Origin: a virus
Strand: one strand, 5' to 3'
Virus record (IMG/VR): IMGVR_UViG_3300009593_000010
Span: 1 to 64,000 of that record
DNA: 64,000 bases
Shown here: positions 57,575-64,000 of the stretch, in pieces
How positions within the stretch are numbered: position 1 is the first letter of the stretch
Layout: each line of letters opens with the position of its first letter
Notes under the pieces: model-generated
Database searches by the model: none
What the model was told of the DNA's origin: nothing
What the model saw: the letters and a program-made list of their open reading frames with translations, nothing else
Program-made: the position numbers and the translations under genes

Positions 57575-57800
57575 GGCTATTACTTACAGAATTTTATCTG
57601 TAATTGCAACTGGATGTATAAGTTATGCTATAACTGGTTCAGTTCAAGTGGCTGGTGCCATAATGTATTTTGATACTATAATAAAACTCTTCTTATTTTA
57701 CTTTCACGAAAGAGCATGGGAACAAGGTATTGCCAAGAAAAGTAAAAACCCTAAAGGGCAAGAATGGAGAAAGGGAACTCTCTGGGATAAAGATTTATGA
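57546..57800 (+). CDS. DUF2061-like small membrane protein
   Basis: ESRRKSLYKAITYR...TIIKLFLFYFHERAW. Confidence 0.8.
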   Translation: MESRRKSLYKAITYRILSVIATGCISYAITGSVQVAGAIMYFDTIIKLFLFYFHERAWEQGIAKKSKNPKGQEWRKGTLWDKDL

Positions 57801-58768
57801 CTACAGAAAATAAGTGTCCAGTTGAACACAAGGTAAATAAAATAAAGTTTCGCACAGCAGACGAAGATGCCTATCGTGATGGAGTCTTTCAACCAGTTCC
57901 AGCATCCAAAGCAAAACCAGAGTGGTATAATAATTTAAGAATCTATAGAGATAACAGTGATAAAAGCTTTGGTAACATGTCTGCAAAGGCATGTCCATCT
58001 ATACATGATTGGTTTCAGAGTGGTTATATCATTAGAACAAACAAGACTATTTTAGTATTACAAGAGTTTGGCCCTCAGATTCTTGAACGAATGCATGAAG
58101 ATGAACTCGCAGAGAAGGCTAGACAGGGTGAAAAAGCAGATCAAAGGGGTTGTGCATTTGTATTAAAGGATGATATCAACACCTTTGAAGAAGCAGAAAA
58201 ATTAAAAGAAAGGTTCTTTGAAACAAAGGAGTTGACACCAAACGATAACTACGATGATTCAGAGATACATCTTCATATTAAGATAGATGCAAGATATAAT
58301 ATCACTGGTGGACATAATGGTGGTCAGTTGTTAGGTTCTCATATGGAAGATAAGATGTCCATTAAGTTTAGAACGCCGTGGACTGTATCAACACCAGAAG
58401 GATACTCTTGTTATTGGTTAGACCCATTCATGCATTATAACCCATATTTCATGACATGGCAAGGGATAATGGATACTGATAAGTGGAATCAAGTTGATAC
58501 TAACTGCATTACTATACTATATCCTAAAATAAAAGGCAACTTTATTATACCAAAAGGAACTCCAATTGTCCAGATAGTTCCTTTCCGAAGGGAACATTGG
58601 GAACATGAACTTGTTTTTGAAGAAGATGGTGTGTTAGATTATATGGACGATCCCATGATAAAAGCAATGGACAGAAGAACCAGATCAAATGAACAAATCA
58701 TTGGTACTGGAGATAACAAAGTAAACCTATATCGAAAGGAGGCTTGGACGCCCAAGAAATTTAAATAA
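57797..58768 (+). CDS. Hypothetical enzyme (DUF6065-like), common near phage oxygenases
   Basis: P.PA.K..PEWY, K.CP.I.D....GYII, KF.TPW...TP.GYS, GIMDTD, IPKGTPIVQIVPF.R..W. Confidence 0.55.
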   Translation: MTTENKCPVEHKVNKIKFRTADEDAYRDGVFQPVPASKAKPEWYNNLRIYRDNSDKSFGNMSAKACPSIHDWFQSGYIIRTNKTILVLQEFGPQILERMHEDELAEKARQGEKADQRGCAFVLKDDINTFEEAEKLKERFFETKELTPNDNYDDSEIHLHIKIDARYNITGGHNGGQLLGSHMEDKMSIKFRTPWTVSTPEGYSCYWLDPFMHYNPYFMTWQGIMDTDKWNQVDTNCITILYPKIKGNFIIPKGTPIVQIVPFRREHWEHELVFEEDGVLDYMDDPMIKAMDRRTRSNEQIIGTGDNKVNLYRKEAWTPKKFK

Positions 58769-59514
58769 TGTATCATCCCCTATTTCCAACAAACTGTTTC
58801 ACCTTTGATATGTGTGGAGACGACCCAGAAACACAAATTAATGAAGATGGTTTTGCAAACCTATCTAAAGAAATTTATAGAATGAGAAAGAAAGACCCTA
58901 TTGGTCGTGCAAGATCAAATGCAGATAGTGGGTGGCAGTCCAATGATGGTATAAAAGAAAATCCACTCTTTCAAGGAATGGTTAATCGAATAGGTAGATT
59001 CTTTGAGAGGGAGATATTTCCTTTTCATGGTGATGTGGATCACCACCTAAAAGTATTGCATGGAAATTATTGGGCAAACATTAATAACATTGGTGGGTAT
59101 AACAATACACATACACATCCAGGCTGTTGGTATTCTGGTGTTATCTATATTGATCTACCATCTAATATGAAAGGTGGTAATTTACAGTTAATAGATGGTG
59201 TTGCAAAACATTATAGTATGTTTCCTACCATGTCAAACAGATCAATGGCTTGGCAAAACTTTGAACCGAAGGTTGGTAAGTTAATATTATTTCCTTCAAC
59301 AACTTTACACTTTGTAGAACCTAATCAAACGGATGGAGATAGAATCTCAATTGCATTTAACAACTCCTTTACTGAAAGAAGAATCAATATGGAGAACCAA
59401 GATGACATGCCGTTTGGTATAGTAAATAGTCATAATGAGGATTTAGGATTCTATGATCATGGTACTCCATCCTATGAAGTAGACTCTGATGGAAATCTTC
59501 ACTTTCCTAAATAG
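58768..59514 (+). CDS. 2OG-Fe(II) oxygenase (TIGR02466-like)
   Basis: RSN..GWQS, WANIN..G.YN..HTHPGC.YSGVIY, LILFPS.TLHFV.PN....RISIAFN. Confidence 0.92.
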   Translation: MYHPLFPTNCFTFDMCGDDPETQINEDGFANLSKEIYRMRKKDPIGRARSNADSGWQSNDGIKENPLFQGMVNRIGRFFEREIFPFHGDVDHHLKVLHGNYWANINNIGGYNNTHTHPGCWYSGVIYIDLPSNMKGGNLQLIDGVAKHYSMFPTMSNRSMAWQNFEPKVGKLILFPSTTLHFVEPNQTDGDRISIAFNNSFTERRINMENQDDMPFGIVNSHNEDLGFYDHGTPSYEVDSDGNLHFPK

Positions 59515-59567
59515 TAGGATAGAGTGTCTTTCTGATACTCTTTCTCTGAAAATAATAGGATAGCAGT

Positions 59568-59819
59568 ATGGAACTGGAGATGACACATATAATTTGGAAC
59601 TTTTTATTGACGATTGGGGCTGCAGGCGTTGGTTGGTGGGTAATCAATCAGGCAAACGAACTTAAAAGAATCGAAATTCTACTAAACAGAACCAGAGAAG
59701 AAGTTGCAAGAGACTACATCCAGAAGGATGATTTAGAAAGAGCAATGAGACCAATAGTAGAATCTATCGAAAAAATTGACTCTAAATTAGACGATTTTCT
59801 AATCTCAAATCAAAAATAA
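59568..59819 (+). CDS. Single-TM coiled-coil protein
   Basis: IIWNFLLTIGAAGVGWWV followed by EILLNRTREEVARDY. Confidence 0.7.
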   Translation: MELEMTHIIWNFLLTIGAAGVGWWVINQANELKRIEILLNRTREEVARDYIQKDDLERAMRPIVESIEKIDSKLDDFLISNQK

Positions 59820-59865
59820 CCTAAATACTGTTAGACGATTATAAATTCTAACAGGGTAATATGTT

Positions 59866-60681
59866 ATGGCATCTCCAAACTCAACGGCGACACTAAAAGA
59901 ATATGCACTACGAAGACTGGGTAAACCAGTTATAGAGATTAATGTCGATGATGACCAGATTGATGATATCATTGACGATGCATTACAATACTATAAAGAG
60001 TACCACTACGATGGTACAATAAGAACCTATCTTAAACATCAAATCAATGATAATGATTTGGTTAATCAAAAGACAGATGCCTCTATGGCACAGTCTACTA
60101 CTGGAACACATATATCAAACTCTATGACCTATAAAGAGGGTCAAGGGTATATTGTTCTTCCAGAATCAGTAATGTCAGTATTAAGAATCTTCCCATTCAC
60201 TGATAAATCTGGAATGAATATGTTTGATATGAGATATCAATTGAGGTTAAACGATCTTTATGATTTATCTCACACATCAATTCTTCAATATGAGATGGTA
60301 CAAAACCAAGTGCAACTATTGGATGAATTGTTGGTAGGTGAAGTACCTATTAGATTTAACAAAGCACAAAACAGGTTATACCTAGATATGGACTGGACAA
60401 ATGCTGTCACAGCAAGTGATTGGGTTATTATTGATTGCTATCGTGCAATTAATCCTACCCAGTTTACCGATGTCTTTAATGATGTCTGGTTAAAAAAATA
60501 TGTGACTGCAAGGATCAAAGAACAATGGGGTGCAAATATGTCCAAGTTCGAGGGAATCCAATTACCAGGCGGTGTGACAATGAATGGACGACAAATATTA
60601 GAAGATGCAAAAGAAGAAATTGTGAAACTTGAGGAAGAGAGTACATTACAACAGACTGAGAATGCCATCTTCATAGGATAA
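59866..60681 (+). CDS. gp13: Neck protein gp13
   Basis: LKEYALRRLGKPVIEINVDDDQIDD, WLKKY.TA.IK.QWG.N.SKF.GIQLPGGVT.NG. Confidence 0.95.
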   Translation: MASPNSTATLKEYALRRLGKPVIEINVDDDQIDDIIDDALQYYKEYHYDGTIRTYLKHQINDNDLVNQKTDASMAQSTTGTHISNSMTYKEGQGYIVLPESVMSVLRIFPFTDKSGMNMFDMRYQLRLNDLYDLSHTSILQYEMVQNQVQLLDELLVGEVPIRFNKAQNRLYLDMDWTNAVTASDWVIIDCYRAINPTQFTDVFNDVWLKKYVTARIKEQWGANMSKFEGIQLPGGVTMNGRQILEDAKEEIVKLEEESTLQQTENAIFIG

Positions 60682-60685
60682 TAAC

Positions 60686-61597
60686 ATGCCTACGAATGTA
60701 TTCTTTAATCATGCAGTTGGGAGTGAACAAAACCTAGTAGAAGACCTAGTGGTCGAATCACTTAGACTCTACGGACATGAAGTATATTATCTTCCACGAA
60801 AAATCGTGGATGAGGATTCTTTGTTGGGTGAAGACCCATCCAGTAAGTTTGATGATGCATATATGGTTGAGATGTACATCGAAAACACCGAAGGTTTTGA
60901 AGGGGAAGGAGATTTATTAAGTAAGTTTGGTGTTGAAGTACGAGACCAATGTACTTTTGTTCTTGCAAAAAGAACATGGGATAGATTTATATCCTTAGAT
61001 CATAACCTTGTTACCACATTCAGACCACAAGAGGGAGACCTCGTTTACTTCCCATTAGGGAATCAAGTCTTTGAAATTAGATTCGTAGAGCATGAAAACC
61101 CATTCTACCAGTTGGGTAAAATCTTTGTATTTAAACTTTCATGTGAAACATTCGAGTATTCACATGAAGAGATCGATGTTGGTATTGCAGAACTTGATAA
61201 TATTGAAGATCAATTCTCATATCAAGTTCAAATGACATTGACAGATGGTGGTACTGGAACATTCCAAGTTGGAGAGACAGTTACCCAAACAGTTGCAACA
61301 GGATACACTGTAACAGGTAATGTAGTTAAATGGGAAGGAAATACAAGGAAACTATATATTAATAACATTAAATATAGTGACACTGGAGTTCCAACAACAT
61401 ATAATATGTTTAAAAAGACTGAGGGTAATGCTGGGAATGTAGTAGGTGGCACAAGTAATGCAAATTGGAGTGTGCAGATAGCACCAGACCCAATTGCAAT
61501 GACACAAGACCCTTCAGCAGATAATGCAGATTTTGAAACTGCTGGAGATAATATAATAGACTTTAGTGAGTCAAACCCATTTGGAACAGTAACATAG
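60686..61597 (+). CDS. gp14: Neck protein gp14
   Basis: EQNLVEDL..ES...YG..VYYLPR, F.G.GD.LSKFG, P.EGDLVYFP, FYQLGK, CE.FEYS.E. Confidence 0.95.
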   Translation: MPTNVFFNHAVGSEQNLVEDLVVESLRLYGHEVYYLPRKIVDEDSLLGEDPSSKFDDAYMVEMYIENTEGFEGEGDLLSKFGVEVRDQCTFVLAKRTWDRFISLDHNLVTTFRPQEGDLVYFPLGNQVFEIRFVEHENPFYQLGKIFVFKLSCETFEYSHEEIDVGIAELDNIEDQFSYQVQMTLTDGGTGTFQVGETVTQTVATGYTVTGNVVKWEGNTRKLYINNIKYSDTGVPTTYNMFKKTEGNAGNVVGGTSNANWSVQIAPDPIAMTQDPSADNADFETAGDNIIDFSESNPFGTVT

Positions 61598-61598
61598 C

Positions 61599-62417
61599 AT
61601 GTTAGGTAAATCACACTTCTATCACGAGGCAATTAAAAGATCAGTATCAGTATTTGGTACGATGTTTAATGACATATCTATTGTTAGATATGATGCAGCT
61701 GGAGCACACAATACTTTAACTGTTCCTATTGCATACGGCCCAAAACAAAAGTGGATACAGAGATTAGATTCTTATACTGGTGAGGCAGGAGCTTCAAGAG
61801 TTGCAGTCACCTTACCTAGACTTGCATTTGAAATTACTGGACTTACTTATGATGCAGAAAGAAAGTTAGGTAAGTTAAAACAATATAAACTTGCAGATGG
61901 GAGTGATACTTCTATACTTAAAACACAATTTGCACCAGTACCTTATAATATTACTTTTGATTTGGTTGCAATTGCAAAGAACACAGAAGATAATTTACAA
62001 ATAGTAGAACAAATTTTACCATTCTTTACTCCAGACTTTACTGTTACAATAACAACAGTTCCTAATACTCTGGAAAAAAGAGATGTTCCTATCATACTAG
62101 ACTCAGTGACATATGCTGATGAGTATGAAGGAGACTTCCAGTCCAGAAGGGTTATAACTTGGACGATGAGTTTTACAATGAAAACTTATCTATATGGTAG
62201 TATATCTAAATCCGAAGTCATCAGAGATGTTCGTGCAAGAACCTATATATCTGATGATGGTAAGATGGATGGTAATGCTGGTAGAACAATAGAACAGAAA
62301 ATAGTACCCAATCCTACATCAGCAAATGTTGATGCGTCTCCATTAAGTTATACTGAGACGATGAACTTTTTTGATGATGGGTCATTTACATATAGTGATG
62401 ATGACACAACAATTTAA
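61599..62417 (+). CDS. gp15: Tail sheath terminator gp15
   Basis: FYHE.I...V.VFG.MFN.I, VP..YGPKQK, LPR..FE...L.YD..RK, PVPY.I, QIVEQILPFF.P. Confidence 0.95.
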   Translation: MLGKSHFYHEAIKRSVSVFGTMFNDISIVRYDAAGAHNTLTVPIAYGPKQKWIQRLDSYTGEAGASRVAVTLPRLAFEITGLTYDAERKLGKLKQYKLADGSDTSILKTQFAPVPYNITFDLVAIAKNTEDNLQIVEQILPFFTPDFTVTITTVPNTLEKRDVPIILDSVTYADEYEGDFQSRRVITWTMSFTMKTYLYGSISKSEVIRDVRARTYISDDGKMDGNAGRTIEQKIVPNPTSANVDASPLSYTETMNFFDDGSFTYSDDDTTI

Positions 62418-62419
62418 TT

Positions 62420-62866
62420 ATGAAAACCAAAGACACAGTAGATCAGAAGTTAGATCAACTTCTTGATGTTCAGAGGGAAGCCACTCAAGTAATTGAGACA
62501 ATTCCTTCCGACAAAAAAACCACAAACCAATCATTGGTTAAAGGAAACTCAATAGTTCGTTCAGATGAACGAAACATCGATTACAAATACACTCGTAATA
62601 CCCTCTATAACCTCGTAGAACGAGGACAGGATGCAGTGGAAGGAATCTTAGACCTTGCTAAAGAGGGTGAACATCCTCGTGCCTATGAGGTTGCAGGGCA
62701 GTTAATTAAGACAGTTGCAGACACATCTGAGAAACTACTTTACATCCAACAACAAATGCAGAAGATGGATGACCACGAAGGAATAAACACAAAAACTACA
62801 AACAATCTTTTTGTTGGTAGTACAGCAGAGTTACAAAAACTACTAAAGAAATCTAATGACGGATAG
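62420..62866 (+). CDS. gp16: Terminase small subunit gp16
   Basis: DY.YTR..LY.LVERGQ.A..GIL.LA....HPRAYEVAGQLIK, NNLFVGSTAELQK. Confidence 0.93.
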   Translation: MKTKDTVDQKLDQLLDVQREATQVIETIPSDKKTTNQSLVKGNSIVRSDERNIDYKYTRNTLYNLVERGQDAVEGILDLAKEGEHPRAYEVAGQLIKTVADTSEKLLYIQQQMQKMDDHEGINTKTTNNLFVGSTAELQKLLKKSNDG

Positions 62867-64000
62867 AAGAAACGAAGGATACTTGGGGAACATTAATGTC
62901 AAGAGGGCGGGTGTTCAACAGGAGTGGTCAGAAGAAGAGGTTAAGGAATATGTTAAATGTTCCCAAGAACCTGCTTACTTCATCCAGAATTATGTTCAAA
63001 TCATATCACTAGATGAGGGGTTAGTACCCTTTGCTCTTTACAACTACCAAGAAGAATTAATAAGTCACTTTGATGAGAACAGGTTTTCTATCTGTTTAGC
63101 ATGTCGTCAAAGTGGAAAATCAATAACAGTATGTGCATACCTAGTTTGGTATCTCATGTTCCATCCAGAACAAACAGTAGCAATCCTTGCAAACAAGGGT
63201 GCAACTGCAAGAGAAATGTTAGCTCGTATAACGACAATGTTAGAACACATACCTTTTTTCCTACAGCCTGGGACTAAAGTATTAAATAAAGGGAGTATAG
63301 AGTTTGAAAACGATTCGAGAATTATTGCCAGTGCTACTTCTACCTCTTCAATTAGGGGCCTTTCTGTCAATCTTTTGTATCTTGACGAGTTTGCATTTGT
63401 CGAAAACGCAGAAGTGTTTTACACAGGAACCTATCCAGTAATTACATCTGGTTCTAAATCTAAGGTTATTGTTACCTCAACTGCAAATGGTGTAGGTAAT
63501 ATGTTCCATAAACTTTGGGAAGGTGCAACAACCGACTCAAATGAGTTTAAAAATTTCCAAGTAAACTGGTATGATGTACCAGGCCGTGACACGAAGTGGA
63601 AGAAACAGACCATTGCAAATACATCAGAGTTGCAGTTTGAACAAGAGTTTGGTAATAGTTTCTTAGGAACTGGTAGAACTTTAATTGCAGCTGACTGTCT
63701 GTTGGGTCTCACATCACTAAACCCAGAGGAGATGTATGGACAAGTTAAGGTCTACAAACGACCAGAAGAGAACCATTCCTATGTAATGACAGTCGATGTT
63801 GCAGAAGGTAAGGGGTTAGACTACTCTACCTTTAGTGTATTCGATGTCACTGATAGTGAAAGATTTGAACAGGTATGTGTTATGAGAGACAATACACTCT
63901 CTCCTATGTTACTTCCAGACATATGTTCTAAGTTTGGTAAGTTATATAATACTGCATTAATCATTGTAGAGAATAATAATCAAGGTTCTATGGTATGTAA
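62856..64000 (+). CDS. gp17: Terminase large subunit gp17 (3' partial)
   Basis: Read manually: MTDRRNEGYLGNINVKRAG..., Walker A CRQSGKS, LYLDEFAFV, STANG, FEQEF, DVAEG.G.DYS; open to the window end. Confidence 0.95.
   Translation, partial: MTDRRNEGYLGNINVKRAGVQQEWSEEEVKEYVKCSQEPAYFIQNYVQIISLDEGLVPFALYNYQEELISHFDENRFSICLACRQSGKSITVCAYLVWYLMFHPEQTVAILANKGATAREMLARITTMLEHIPFFLQPGTKVLNKGSIEFENDSRIIASATSTSSIRGLSVNLLYLDEFAFVENAEVFYTGTYPVITSGSKSKVIVTSTANGVGNMFHKLWEGATTDSNEFKNFQVNWYDVPGRDTKWKKQTIANTSELQFEQEFGNSFLGTGRTLIAADCLLGLTSLNPEEMYGQVKVYKRPEENHSYVMTVDVAEGKGLDYSTFSVFDVTDSERFEQVCVMRDNTLSPMLLPDICSKFGKLYNTALIIVENNNQGSMVC

Noticed and set aside
1-64000. Stop-codon recoding, introns/inteins, homing endonucleases, tRNA genes
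   Set aside because: Core genes (rnh, 32, 6, 13-17) read through at normal lengths in code 11; I saw no HNH, GIY-YIG or LAGLIDADG motif, intein ends or tRNA cloverleaf in the intergenic gaps I inspected

Overview
A 64-kb segment of a T4-like myovirus genome; gene content and order resemble marine T4-like phages, and the host is probably a heterotrophic proteobacterium (inference from sigma70-type promoters and the iscU, acpP and rpsU genes). It uses the standard genetic code, and I saw no tRNA, intron, CRISPR array or mobile element. Order: rnh and an accessory block (frameshifted 2OG-Fe(II) oxygenase, SET protein, exonuclease, IscU), gp33-bS21-gp59-gp32, a minus-strand tail/head-completion block (tape measure-like, gp51, gp26, gp54, gp2, gp4), baseplate genes (gp48, 53, 27-like, 5, 25, 6, 7, 8, VrlC-like) interrupted by an ACP plus many micro membrane proteins, a fibre cluster, an enzyme cluster, then gp13-gp17 (gp17 truncated by the window end). 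Top finding: the 524-aa protein at 53616-55190 has repeats that mirror each other exactly around a central turn. It has five 4-mers and twelve 10-mers per arm plus 1-3-1-2 / 2-1-3-1 inner blocks, and YEQ units always face YEV units. One antiparallel register (i+j=560) puts Tyr opposite Arg along the outer arms, which predicts a giant self-zipping beta-hairpin. It is followed by a chaperone-like gene, hydroxylases and a kinase-nucleotidyltransferase fusion. Other strong leads are a late-promoter-driven multi-stem, GGA-rich ncRNA candidate after gp32, a predicted -1 frameshift fusing gp26 to gp51, and a type-1 copper-site motif in a tail fibre.
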